Shown: positions 1 through 13,729 of the stretch, in pieces
How positions within the stretch are numbered: the first letter of the stretch is position 1
How the letters are laid out: each line of letters begins with the position of its first letter
Assembly (NCBI GenBank): GCA_033442325.1
Contig: JAWQFM010000008.1
Location: forward strand, 575,851 to 639,850
Source: Salpingoeca rosetta
Lineage: Eukaryota > Protista > Choanoflagellata
Length of the DNA: 64,000 nucleotides
Direction: 5' to 3'
Translations under genes and position numbers: made by a program
Notes under the pieces: generated by a model
Databases searched by the model: none
Told to the model about the DNA's origin: nothing
What the model saw: only the letters and a program-made list of their open reading frames with translations

Positions 1-312
1 GGGGAAAAATGTCAGAAATTTGGATGGAGATTTCCACCAAAATCACTGCTGGGCTATTTGTACTTTTAATAGGCCAGTTGAAACAACGTGGTCGGTCAAG
101 CAAAGACTGAGGAGAGGGCGCAAGAGTGCGGCGAGCAGAGAGAACGCACCAAGCGAGCGAGCAAGCGAGCGACACCACCAGCAACCACACACCACACCAC
201 GGCTCACGCCTGCACCACGGCCATTCCGCAACCTTTGTCCCCTGCCTGTCACTTACACACCGCAGTGGGCGCCTGTTGATGTCCCCAAGGCACGGCCTCT
301 GGACCAGGGACA

Positions 313-2487
313 ATGCGTCGTTGTGCGGGTGACTTGTCGTCGTGGGCTGCCTGTCGCCGCCACCTGCACCACTTGCAGCTCCGCCGCAGCACACAGCCCC
401 ATCGCAGCAACCCTCTCACAACACAGATTGCACGCTGGTCTGCAGCCAGATATAACCACCACAACAGCCACCACAGGCTGCACAACCACCACAGGCTGCA
501 CAACCCGCGCGGCTGCCCCCACACTGCCACATGCGCCAGGCAGCACCTCCATGCGAGCAACCTCAGCCCCAGCATACCAGCGAAATTCACGACTACATCC
601 AGAGCATTACGACCAGTCACAGAAAGAATAGGTGCGATAGGACAAGGTTCGGGCACAGCTGCGCAACACATGCAGGCGCATGCATGCGTGCGCAGGGGTG
701 CCCCAGCAGCGCTCCCAGCAGCATCTGTCGTCAGCGGGCACAGCAGGCACCTCCACTCTACTTCGCTGTTGGCTGTACAGCGCACAGCCTTGCTTCCTCT
801 CCATACTGCACAGCTCCGAACGAAGTCATCGCAAGCTGCCACAGCGTCATCAGTTCAGGAACAAGCAAACAAGAAGAGCCACAACAACAACAACTCACCC
901 GCAGGCAACCACACCGCCAACGTTGCTCCTGCAAACGCTGCTGAACAACAACAACAACAACAGCAGCAGCAACAGCAGCAGCAGCAACAGCAGCAGCAAT
1001 TAGAAACAGCTTCACATCACGTCATGAAACCACTAACTGCAACCATCACACCCACGCAAACAGCACAAACACCATCAACAAAAACACCAGCACCAGCACC
1101 AGCACCAGCACCAGCACGTGCTGATGCGCCTGCTTCAAATGCCACCGAGAGTGCCGCGGTCGACGCTGCGATGCAGGACCGAGAGGAGCAGGTGTCGCAC
1201 CAGGTCCGCCTCATTGCCGAGATGGAGACAAAGGGGCTGCCTGTTGAGCACTATCGCAGCACGTTCCTACAGCAGCACGCAGAACGTGGCGAACCGCAAT
1301 ACTTTACACACTACATGCAGGCAGAGGCCCTTGCCGAAAACGAGGAGTGGCGACGGCTGCTGTTGCAAGCGTACGCGCGTGCCCCGGCATACACGGCCAC
1401 AGCAGCGCTGCAGCACCTGCGGCAGAGCGGGTTCGAGGTTGACCGCCAATGGACGCACGAGTGCATTGAGGCGTACACAGAGGCCGGCCGCCCGCAGGAG
1501 GCGAGCGACCTGCTGCTCAGGCTGCTCGACTACGAGAAGAAGCCGTGGACTGGCGCGCGGCGCCTGTACACGCAGGTCATCTCCCGCCTGTGCAAGGAGG
1601 GCGACCCCATCAGCGCCATCGAGGTGGTGCACGCCTTCCTCAAGTACAACGTGCTCATCAACAACCACACCTTTCGCCTCATCATGGACACGCTCGCCAC
1701 GCGCGGCAAGTACAAGGAGGCGAGCGAATTCTTCAACGCCATGCTGGCCACGGGGCTCGTGCCGCACAGGGGCGTGTACCGTGCGTTTCTCGACGCATAC
1801 CTCGCTGCAGGGGAGCTGGAGGAGGCAGCTCGCCTGGTGGATATTATGGCGCGAAGCGGTGTTGTCGACGACTGGGAGCACGCGCGCGTGGAGATGTACA
1901 ACCGCGTGTTCCGCGGCCTCCTCGCCAACGAGTCTGTGAAGAGCGCAAAAGCATATGCCCTCACGGCGCCCAATTTCCGATTCCACATGGACAGCCACTC
2001 GTGCAAAGAGGTGGTGCGCTTGTACGAGACGGGTGCGCTGCCGGCCTCAACGGCCCTTGTGCTCTTCCAAACCCTCGGCGCAATCACCCCAGACACGCTC
2101 GCCAGCTTGTGCGACCTCGCACAGGCCATGAGCAAGCGCGTCACAGCTCCGACAACAACAGCATCGACAGCAACCGCAGGTACATTGACAGCAATACCAG
2201 CAACAACAACAACGACAGCGAGTGCGACTGGTGCTCGTGCGACAGGTGCTCGTGCGGGCACAACAGCCACCGCGGGCGCCGCTGATATTGGAGAGCTCGA
2301 CTCCCTGCTCACGCTGATTCAGCGCATTCGCTCCTTCCTGCTCACATCCCAGCGCGCAAGCGGTGGCGGCAGCTCCAGTCATGCGAACGTCGCAGACGCC
2401 GCTGCTGCTACTGCGCGCGATGCATTTTCCCGCAAGACCGACGCTGCAGTTGGCAAAGACGGAGAAGCAGTGCCCACATCCTCGCCA

Positions 2488-2519
<32 letters not shown>

Positions 2520-5500
2520 ACAACCCCCAGCTGAACGCCGTGGTGGGGCTCCCGTGCTGGAGCACTTGGGCGATTACACGGCCGATTCGCTGCGCACCGC
2601 CGCCGAGCACATGCTTGATGCTGTTGGCCGTGCTACCACGTCGCAAGGGGCAGCAGCTTTAACAGCAGCAACAGCAGGTTCTCTCAAGGTTGACGGTAGT
2701 GTTGTGGACGCGCTGCTTGCTGCACTGCACATGCGCGTACAGCGGCAGGAGTGGGTTGAGGCCAAGGCACTGCTCAAGGACGTCTATGCCATCAACACGG
2801 ACCTGAGCGAGGCGCAACGCTCACATCTAGTGGAGACCCTGAAGCAGGCGCGACAGCAGTGGGCCGCCAGCAAACACCTGCTTGAGGCAGCAAGCGAACA
2901 TTCACACCCACACCCAACACCAACAACAGGAAAAGGCGCAGCGACAGCCACAACAGAACAAGTAGCAGCAGCAACTCCAGTGACAACGACAGCAACAGCA
3001 ACAGCGACAGAGACGCATGCCACCCCGACTCCACCTACAACGGTCACATCATCGCCTGTGAGCATGGGCAAGACCGAGGATCTCAAGGCGTTTCTGACAG
3101 CATACGACAGCCTCGTCAACCCGCAGTTTGCCATGGCCTCGAAGGAGCTTGAGCTGGCGGCGGCGGTCAAGGAAGGCAGCGTTGATGGCGCGTTTGCCGT
3201 CATTGCCGCCATGAAGAGCGCAGATTTGACCGTGAGTCATCGTCACTATGCGCAGGTTGCCTCGCTGGTGGGCAACGATCCAGAGGTGCTTCTCTTCCAC
3301 TTTCGGCGGCTGAGCCAACGCGGCCTGTCCTTTGCCACGACGGAGGTTGACTGGCTTGTGCGCCACCTGGTGCGCCATGGGCTGCTGGGCCGTGCGCTTG
3401 ACGTGCCGGCTGCGCTACCCTCATATCGCCCCTCGCACATCATCCTGCGTGAGCTCCTTGTTGCCGCTGCCACCAGTGGCAGCGCCGCTACACCCGCACC
3501 AGCAGCTCACAGTGCAGGTTCATCAACCAGTGCCACCAGTACGGCCGCAGTGCCCTCGCCTCCAACTACGCCACCACCACCAACGCCATCACCAACACCG
3601 ACGACTGCCGCCTCCTTGCTGCCTGCTGCGCTTGAGCTGTACGTGAGCGGCGGCGCGTCCTTCTCGCAGGCGGAGGTGGAGGTGCTTGCAGACCTGTTCA
3701 AGCCAGAGGCCCTCGGGGCTGTGGTGGACATTGTCAACAAGGCGTACGCGCTGCAGCCCACGCTGGTTGATGACCGCGCATTTGTGACCCTGGCTGAGCG
3801 GCTTGTGGAGGCAGGCCTGACGCAGCATTGCCTGTCACTCGTCGACATGTGTCACAGCATCAACGTTACCCTGCCCCCGCGCGTGTACACGCTGCTTGCG
3901 CACCAAGTGCTTGCCCAGCACGGCTGGTCTCGCTTCACGCGGCTGCAAGACAGCATGGCGCATGTCGGTGTGTACTTCAAGCGGGAGGATCGGCAACAGC
4001 TGCGCCAGCGCGCCGAGGCTGCATGGAAGGTAACACAACACAAGTCTGCACCGTATCATCAACATGTCTGTATGTGTGTTTCTGTTGTTTGTTTGTTTGT
4101 TTGTTTGTTTGTGTGTGTGTGTGTGTGTGTGCGTTTGTTTGTTTGTGCGTGTGTGTGTGTGTTTATGTTTGTTTGCTTGTTTGTGTGTGTGTGCGCGCGC
4201 GCGTTTGCTTGTTTGTGTGTGTGTGCGCGCGTTTGTTTGTTTGTGTGGATGTTGTTTTGGGGGCGGAGAGAGAGAGGAGTGCATTTGCTTGTCATCTTGC
4301 TTTCCTGCATGACACGCACGCAGGACAGACAACAAACGCAACGTCTCGTTTACACCCACACGCACACACAGACACAATCAATGACACTGTCCCCTTTCGC
4401 TCTGCTCTTTGTTTCTTGTTTGCCAAGACTGCATCTTTTCTCTGCTCACCCACATTGCCGCTTTTCCTCGCACGTCTGCGCTGTACAGAAGGATTCAAGT
4501 GCCGTTCACCTGCTCAGCTCGAGGGCGGATGTAAAAGGCTTGGTGCAGCGTGCGCTTGACATGACGCTAGACGCGGGGCCACCACACGTGTTCTGCACAC
4601 GCGCCGTTGCCGAGGACACGTGCTTTGAGCTGATTCGCCAGCGCCAGCACACCACGCTTGCCGAGTTTGTCGCGTACATGGACGCACAGCTGCTGCCCGT
4701 GCCGGACAAGGTCATGGCGGCGCTCCTGCACCTTGCACGAGAGGCAAAGGACCCGGCTACGTGCAAATGGGTGGTGACCTTCTGCCACACGCACGGCATG
4801 CGCATCCCTGCTGCCTCCGTGCGCCTGATTACAGAGAGCCTGCTCGAACACGGGCAACGCGCAGCGGCGATTGACTATCTCTTCTACAGCATGGACGCCT
4901 TTCCGCTCGTGTGCCGGCCGGCAATGATCCAAAGCATCGTGCAGAACGTGCCAGCAAGGACAGCACGCGCCACCCTGCAGCAGGTGACGGAACGGGCACT
5001 GGACACCAACTCGGGCAAGGTGCTCAACGCGTTGCTGGACTACCACATTGAGAACGAGCGCCCGGCAGAGGCGGCAGCGCTGTTCACGCAGGTGGTGCAG
5101 CAGAAGAAGCACCTCAAGCACAAGCGCGAGTACTTTCGCACGCTCGTCAGCCAGCTCTTGCAGGACGGCGACGGCCAACACGCACACCAGCTGCTGACGA
5201 CCCTGGCTCCGCTCGGCTTCAACGCAGACAAGGACACGAACCTTGCCCTGCTCTCGTACCACAGCAGCCGCGGCGCCATTGGGGAGGCCGAGGCGCTTCT
5301 GCAGGCTGTTGCCGAATCCGGCCACCGTGTCAAGGATGCCATGTACACCACCGTGGTTCTCGGGGCTGTTGGACACCGCGCAATCACGCGTGCAGAGGAG
5401 CTGTTTGCGCGCATGCTGGCCGAGGACAGAACAGACCTGCTGCCGTCCATGCTGGCACTTGCGCGGTATTACATGGAGCACGGCGACTACGACGCCGTCA

Positions 5501-8289
5501 ACAAGCTCGCCCAGACACATGTGCTGCTGGGCAAAGTGAAGCAGAGGCCAGAGGAGGAGGCCCAGTTGCAGCGCTTCTTCGAACAGGCGAGCCAGCGCGC
5601 TGGTGGGCTCTCGACTGGTGGCGCTGATGGTGCTGCGTCCACCTACTACAGCGACGGCAGTGATGACGATGAAGACTTGCTTGCGTCGCGCACGGACACG
5701 AGCAGCGAGGGTGAGCTTGTTGGGGACTCGGCCAGTGCACCTGGTGCAGCGGCAGCAAGTTCCTACGATGAGAGTGATATCCTTGCTGATGGCAGCGACG
5801 ACGGTGATTTGGAAGGGTTGGTCGTCGCCACTACTGGCGCCACGAGCAACAGTGGCGGCAGTGGCACGGGTGCATTCGACTTGCGCCATTTCTTGTCCTT
5901 TGGCGATGAGGACCCTGTCAGCGATGTTGCTGGGCGTGGCCACAACGACCACGGCGGTGAGGAGGAGGTCAGCGCAGTGAAAGCGCCACTCAACAGCGTT
6001 CGGGACACGGCATTGGAGCAGGCACAACCACAGCCACAACAACACAACAAGCGGCAGGAACTTACTCAGCTGCACAAGCAGCCTCAAACCACGCATCTTC
6101 AGCGCCAATCACAGCAGAAACAACAGCAGAAACAACAGCAGCAACAAGAGAAGCAGCCACAGGGACGACAGCAACAAGCTACATCAATGCAGGGGACTGC
6201 TGCTTCCACTGACACGGAGGCTGCTGACACAGAGTCGAGTGATAGTCCCAAGGATGTGGACGTCGCAGCCCGCCTGCGCATGGCGTTGGCACGCGGTGCA
6301 CACGTGACGCTGGCAACGGAGGAGGACGTGGATGAGGCAATGACGTTGCTTGAGTCGCTTGCACACGCAGGACAGGTGCAGCAGTGCCTCACACTCCGCA
6401 ATGCACTTCTCCACCCGCTCACCCCTGCGCATGCACCCGCCAGTGCTGGTCGTGCGAGTGCAGGTGGTGTTGGGGAGGGGACGTATGACGATGCCGCCGC
6501 CGCCACGCGCGCGTCTTCCGCAGTGGAGCCGCTGCTGTGCCTGGCGTTTGCCGTGGCAGACCAGCCAACAGCAGCGCGCGAGCATGCGCGGCGCGTGGCC
6601 CAAACCGATGAGCACCTGGGTGCGGAGTGCCTGCGGGCGACTATTGGCGGGTGTCTGGAGGCCAACAACCCCTGGGCGGCGTATGAGGCGCTGCAGGAGA
6701 TGGTAGCGAGCGGTGTGGATGTGCGAGCAAGCGACTTTGTTGACGTGTTGGAGGTGAGCATCGAGGCTGGCAACCGCAGAAACGTGGCACGCGTGCTGTC
6801 GCTCATGGACACATCGCACGTGCAGCCGAACTTGCGTGTGTACCGGCTGCGTCTTGATGACCTGCTGGCGCGTGGGGACATGAACGCGCTCGCAGTCGTG
6901 CTTGAGGAAGCGCTGTCGCACCGCCGCTTCCCGCGCCGCGCCTTCACCAAGTACATTCGCCTCGTGTACGGCGCTGACGACCACGAGGGCGAGGAGCAGC
7001 AGCGCGAGCGCAGGCTTGCTGCCGCTGTTGCCGGCGCAGGGAAGGTGGCGGCGGCGCTGTACGCACACGCGCCGCTGCCGCGCAAATTTGAACACAAGGA
7101 CGCTGTGCGCGCTGCTCGCGTGTTTGCGATGCTGGCCGAGGTGGAGCTGGCCGAGCGGCTGGTGGAGGAGATGGAGGGCCGCGGTGTGGAGACGGGGCCG
7201 GCAATCTGGAACGCGCTGTTGCGGGCAGCCGCACGTCGTGACGGTGTGGCGGGTGTGCTAGCGAGCGCGCATGCCATGCACGCCGCAGGGCAGCCCTTTG
7301 ATGCCGGGTCGTATGCTGCGGTGCTCTCGGCGCTGGTGTCTCCGCACGCCAGCAGCGAGGAGAGCATCTACCCGCCGCCACTGGCATCGTCGCAGCCGCC
7401 GCACGCGGGACCGGCAGCAGACAGTGATGAGGAACCTGGTTGGGCTCACAAGCCGCCCCACAGCCACCAACACAGGCGGGTAGTGGCGGCTGTGGCGAGG
7501 ACGCCTGGCGCCAGCGTGGAGGACGCGCAGTCTCCAGAAAGCGCCGTCAGCACGCTGTGCGGGTTCCTGCAGGTGCTTGAGCGGCCGTTGTCGCTGTCTG
7601 CGTTCCACGCCATTCTGGAGAGCTGCGTGCAGCTTGGGCAGCCTGACCTGGCGCAGGCGACGGTGAGCGCCATGCAAGCGCGTGGGGTGCGGCCGAGCGT
7701 CCGCAGCTGCGAGCTGCTGATGCGCACACACGAGCGGCACGGCGATCTTCGCGGTGCAGAGCGCGTGTTGGAATCGATGCACAGCTGGGGGCTGCGGCCA
7801 CCTGTGCCGCTGTTCAGGCGGCTGCTACAGGTGTATGCGTTTGGGGGCCGGCCAGAGGACATCACGCGCGTTGTGGAGCTGATGCAGTCGGAAGGGATTG
7901 ACCTGAACGAGGACAGCATCAACGCGCTGGTGGCCGCGTACTGTTCGTCGGGCCGCCCACTGCAGGCCAAGACAGTGGCAGACAACCTGGAGGATGCCGG
8001 GTACACGGTGACGCACGTGGCATACAGCAACCTGATGAAGGCGTTTGTGCGCGAGCGCCACTTTGACCGGGCGGTGGAGGCCTTTGATCGTGTTGCCGAG
8101 AGCGGGCAGCCAAACGCATACAGCTTCCATCTCGCCCTCGTGTTGGCGGAGGCGCTCGGGGACAAGGAGTTGGACAAGCGGGCTCGGGCGCTGCTTGCTG
8201 CTGCAAACATGGCTGTTGACCCACGGCTGCTGGCAGCGCTGCGAAGACAGCTGCAGGGACAGCAGCAGCAGCAGCAGCAGCAGCAGTGA
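313..8289 (+). CDS. Large pentatricopeptide-repeat (PPR) protein, probably mitochondrial RNA-binding (LRPPRC-like); 2 exons: 313-4029, 4489-8289
   Basis: Tandem 35-aa PPR motifs near both ends (LYTQVISRLCKEGDPISAIEVVHAFLKYNVLINNHTFRLIMDTLATRGKYKEASEFFNAMLATGLVP; AFHAILESCVQLGQPDLAQATVSAMQARGVRPSVRSCELLMRTHERHGDLRGAERVLESM). The Arg/His/Ser-rich N-terminus resembles a mitochondrial presequence. Phase-0 intron AAG|gtaaca at 4030 to tacag| at 4488. Confidence 0.9.
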
Positions 8290-9182
8290 CAGTAGCAACA
8301 CTAGGAGCAACGGCAGCGTGTTGGCTGTTGGAGATTTACGTTGATTGGTTCCCTCCCTTGCTTGCTCACTTGTGTGCGGTATCGTTATTGCATTGATGAA
8401 ACATTTCACTCATCAACCTCAAAGGCCAGGTCACGTGTGTGTATGTTGTGTGTGTATGTGTGTATGCGTGTGTGTGTGCATGCGTGTGTGTGTGCATGCG
8501 TGTGTGTTCTGGGGTTCATTGGGTTGGCTTTGGCACTTGTTACTCGCCACCACCAACGCCAGAGCCCGTGATTGTCACGCGTGTGTGGGTTTGTTTAGCT
8601 GTGCTCTTGCTGTAGCTGTCATCTGGTGTAGTTGTGATGTTCATTAATATTGAAGCGTGTGTAACATACGCAGGCACATGGAGAAAATGGTGCGGAAGCA
8701 AACTGGCAGAGATGCAAGTGCACTCAACGAACAACACGTCTCATGTGTGTGTGTGTGTGTGTGTGTGTAATGGGCGGCCTGGCCACGTCGGCGTTGCTTG
8801 TGTGTGGAATCATGAAAGGGGAAGAAAAGCGAAAAGGATCGCAACCGTTCACTATGATCGGGATGCCACTGCAGACGAGAGAGAGAGAGAGAGAGAGAGT
8901 GTGTGTGTGTGTATGTGTGTATGAGTGTGCGTGCATGTATGTGAGTGTATGAGTGTATGTGTGTGTGTGTGAATGTGGCCAGAGAGAGAGAGAGTGTGTG
9001 TGTGTGTGTGTGTGCGTGTGTGCGCGTGCATGTATGTGAGTGTATGTGTGTGTATGCGTGTGTGTGTGTGTGTGTGGTGTTGCAGCAAAGTTTGATAGTT
9101 GGTGATCCGTGCGGCGGTTCATGGTGGTGACACAATGATACAACCAAGCACAAAACAGCACACGTGGATCTCAACTCCACAT

Positions 9183-11872
9183 TCACATACCTCGGATGAC
9201 CTCTGTGTCGACTTGACGAGGAGTTGCAGATCGCGACGAAAACGCAACAGTGCCGCTGCCGCTGCTGTTTGTGCTCAAGCTGCTCACGCTGGTGTTGACC
9301 ATGCGTGCAGCAAGGTTCACGCTGTCACCATCGTCGTCGTCATCATCATCACTGCTGATGGGAGCCGGGGTTGCCTGAGCCGACATGGACTGCGGGTGCA
9401 GCGGTCGGCGCTCCGCATCGGCGTCGTCCATATCCTCCAGCTCGAGGGACGATGCGTCGTCGTCATCAATGCGCACGCGGTGCTCGCCTTGCTGCTGCTG
9501 CTGGTGGTGGTGGTGGTGGTGGTGGTTGTGGTTGTGGTTGTGCGGGGCGTGTGTGCCATTATGCTGGGCCTCCACTGCCTCCACAGCGTTGGCTTTGCAA
9601 AGCGGGCAGGTACCGCGGGCCGTGAGCCAGGGATCGATGCACGCAACGTGAAACTGAAATCAGGGCGCACGGTGCAGTGGTGGAGGTGAGAAACAGTCAT
9701 CGAGACGTACCAACACGCAATGTACATGTGTGCGTCAACGTGTTTGCGCTGGCACACACATCCATGACCTGCCGACTTACTTCGTGTCTGGGTGACGACG
9801 ACGATGATTGGCGCATTCATCCGCACGCGAATGCATACGCGCACAGAATGACATGTAACATGTGAGGTTTCGACCATACGAAAAGCAAGCACATCCACAG
9901 AAAAGGCCACAAACACGACAACAACCAATACGAAACAAACCAAATCACAGAACAGCACAATCACACGCACACACACACGCACATTTTGATGCACGCACAC
10001 CTTCATACACACATACACATTTTCATGCACACACGCACATTCATGCACACATGAACACAACAGTAGCCAACTCCATACCTGCAGGGTAGACATCGCAGCA
10101 CGTCACCATCCTCAAACTCTTCAATGCAAATTGCACACACGGGTTCGTCATCATCGTCGTCGTCATTGTTGTTGTTGTTGTTGTTGTTGTTGTCATTCGT
10201 GCAGGTGGTGTTGCTGCCGGCATTTGGTGCTGGCGCACATCGACTGTGGCATGACGGTGCCGATGGAGCTGATGCACATGTGGTGGCGGTGGAAGGTGTT
10301 GTTGCTGCCGGGCCATCACCATCACTCCGATCCGAACCAGCAGGTGCTGCGGTTGCGGTGCACTCTGGATTGCTCGAGAACCCAGCCGCTGCTGCTGTCG
10401 TTGCACAGGCACTTGTCGCCTGCTGCTTTGGTCTGGGTCGACACATACACAAGCGGAACAGGAGATGATGGCGGGAACAGTAAGCGTGCATGAGCGCGCA
10501 ATCGCGTGAACGGGAAGCAAGCAAACAGCATGAAAGTGAAGGGTTGAGGGGGTTGTGTGGACCGAAGAGGCAGTACAAATGCAGGCATGGCAGCAGATAG
10601 CAACGCAAGCGACACGCAATGGTGATCACAAAGTACGCGAAACAGAAGAGCACAGTGTGCAAAGACACAGCAAACAAAAGCAGCAGCAGCCATTATCAGG
10701 CATACAAGCACGAACACAGCACAGCACACGGTCCATCAGTCTGCCGCATTACCTGCGGTGGTACGTGCGCGTCTCCATATGTTGGAGGGCCTGTGTTGCG
10801 CGGTCGTTGAAGCGGCCCTGCTCAACCACAACCCGCCGGTCAATCTGAATAGTGTTGTGGTGCCGGGGGGGATGGAGATGGAGATGGAGATGGGTGGAGG
10901 GGTGAATCGATGGTCGGGGGAATGGAGATGGATGGAGAAGTGTGCATGGCATTGGTGAGTGACGGAAAGAACAATGTGGATCACGCATGCAGCACCATCA
11001 TGGCACACACACACACACACACACAAAGAGAAAAGCTATTTGCAAGCATTGCGCGTGTGCATACCCTGCGTTGGCAGAAGAGGCGGCGAAGGCCGTGCTG
11101 GCAGTAGACGGAGGACATGAACACAAACACGATGCACAGAACGATGAAGATGGCCGTGCGCGTGTAAAATGTCAGGGCCGCAAAGTCAATCGTCTCATAC
11201 GGCTCAATCTGCACAGAGAGAGAGAGAGGTGTACGTGTGTGTGTGTGTGTGTGTGTTTGTGTGCGTGTGTGCGTGCGTGCGGGTGCGTGTGTGTGTGTGT
11301 GTTGTGCGCGTGTGAGTGAGAGTGAGAGAGTAAGAGAGTGAGCGAGAGCGAGCCTGAACGAGTGCGATTGTAAGAAGAGCAGGGTGATTGTGTCATCGTG
11401 GCTTGGCCTGAAGCAAACAAGCAGTGCACGTATGGCGTGTCATGACAGGCGAAAATTCATGTGTAGGGCGCACCGTGACGTTGAGGCTGCGGATGTTGAC
11501 GTCGTTGCTGAGAAGATTGAGGCGTGCAGACACATCAGGGGTGCACGAGACGGAAGGGAACGAGAGCGCCTTGTCCTCGGTGGTCATGAGGATCACGCTC
11601 CCGCGCTGGCTGTGCACGTCGCTGATGATCATGCCGGCCATGCCATACGCCCGCGCCACATACGCCTGTTGGGAGGAAGCAAGCAAGGGGGCAGGAGCAG
11701 GTGATTGACGAAGGTGAGGAGGGGTACGTGAATATGTCATGTGTGCGTACGCGTGTGTGTGTGTGTGCGTACGCGTGTGTGTGTGTGTCATGTGTGTGTG
11801 TGTGTGTGTGTTTTGGGGGGGTGAGTGTCTCATGGGTGTGTGTTGTGTTCAATGTGTGTGTGTGTTTGTTCA

Positions 11873-11951
<79 letters not shown>

Positions 11952-12270
11952 AACATCGACACTTGGGGCGCGTGATTCACTTGTACGGAGGGAAACTCAG
12001 GCAGACAATTAAACACACACACAACCACACGCACACGCATTCAACTACATGGAGAAGACGGGACCTGTTGGGTGAAGGAGCAGTTGCTTGTGCGGTCAGC
12101 GAGCATGAGCTTTGGCCGCGATGGCGGCGGCGGTGGCGTTGTCGGCAATTTACAGCTCTGGCAGTAACAATGACGAGGAAGATGAGGAAGAAGGAGGTAG
12201 AAGACGAGTGCGTGTGTGAGAGTGTGCGTGCGTGCGTGCGTGCGTGTGTGTGTGCGTGTGTGTGTGTGTG

Positions 12271-12337
<67 letters not shown>

Positions 12338-12709
12338 GGTTCAGAATACACGTACGTGTGTGAGCTGGCTGTGCAAAGCACGCAAGAATGACGCCACTCA
12401 CCACGCATGAAACATAAAGCACACCAAACGAACGCACCACCCGGCACACAAGCGCACTAGCCGTCCATGCCCGCCCACCTTCTCCGGGGCGAAGACGACG
12501 ACTTCGCCGACGATGGGATTGGATGGAGAAAACTTGGCATAGAGTGTGTCTGTGAGTTTCTCGTGGAACACACGACCATCGACGCGGTAGGTGACAGATG
12601 TGTCCCCGAGAACAAAAGACGCTGCACTTGTCTCGGTCACAAAGCAGCCCATCAGCGCGAGCATCACTGCAAGGGCAATGGTTGCCATCGTCAGTGCATC
12701 ACCACCCAT
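9183..12709 (-). CDS. PA-TM-RING-H2 E3 ubiquitin ligase (RNF13/RNF167/Goliath-like); exons 12709-12479, 12157-12065, 11665-11474, 11208-11065, 10844-10753, 10432-10079, 9787-9781, 9653-9183
   Basis: Signal peptide (MATIALAVMLALMGCFV), PA domain (LADRTSNCSFTQQAYVARAYGMAGMIISD), TM helix (TAIFIVLCIVFVFMSSVYC) and RING-H2 [42 protein letters not shown], assembled through phase-consistent GT-AG junctions. Confidence 0.9.
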
Positions 12710-13729
12710 GTTGATGATGCTATCCGTAATGCAGCACAAGAAGAACCCTGGTCGCTGGTGTCCTGCAAGCATGCGTGCAGCGCAACGACATGAAATGAAT
12801 CGATCGATGGTGACTTAAAGCTTGAGCAACACCTGAGACAGATAGAGTGACAGAGATCGACACAGACATCTACAAACAAACACACATGAACAAACACAAC
12901 CACAAGTGGCATTTGGGGTGCTGTCCATCTCCCCTCCCCCTACACGTGCACACTCACGTACATACACGAGTTAGCATGCAAGCAAGACATGCAAGACATG
13001 CAAGCAAACATGTGCGTCTTCAATTACGGTCGATTTGATCTCTGCCTACCTGAACGGATGGAGGAGGACTGACGAGTGGGTGGGTGTGCGGCGTTATGTG
13101 CACGCGATGAAGCAGGGAGATCGGCGACTGCGAGTATGTGTGTGTGTGTGAATGACCGCTTGTTGGATGTTGTGACGGTGTTTCCTTTTCCTTGGCGGCG
13201 TCCCCGTGTGTGAGCGAAGGGTGCGGTGGTGGCTGCGAGTGCTGACAGGGGTGCTTCGCTGGCAGCAAGAGGGCAGAGTTGAGGAGGACGGGAAAGAACG
13301 CAATGTTTGTGTTCCCTGAAGAAAATTCTTTAATACTTTTAACGAAATTCTACCAATGCGGTTGTTCGTGTGTTGTTGTTGTTGAGAAGACGTGGTGCGT
13401 GCATTGTTCGCACCACGCGCGTCTCTGACCTTCCCTGCTCCACACGCCCTCTTCCACGTCCATCGTCGACGTCCATCGTCGACGTTATAGTGCCGCCTCT
13501 ATAGCCACTCTTCTGCTTCCCCCCTCTCTCTCTCCCTCCTGTCATCGCCTGGCTGGAGCTCCACTTCATCCTTCATGCCATTCTTTTACTGCAAGGAAAA
13601 AACAAACACAATGAAAGGAATAAACGAACAGACAAAAAGTGCGACGGAGTAGGGACGGTGTGTGTGTGCCGGGGATGTGTAGCTTTGGGTGAGGTGGCTG
13701 TTTGCAGCGTGGTAGTGCTGCTGGTGGTG

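Noticed and set aside
1267-8409. Long antisense ORFs (e.g. 4567-6108, 6099-7367) opposite the PPR gene
   Set aside because: Shadow ORFs from GC-rich codon usage, with no domain signal.
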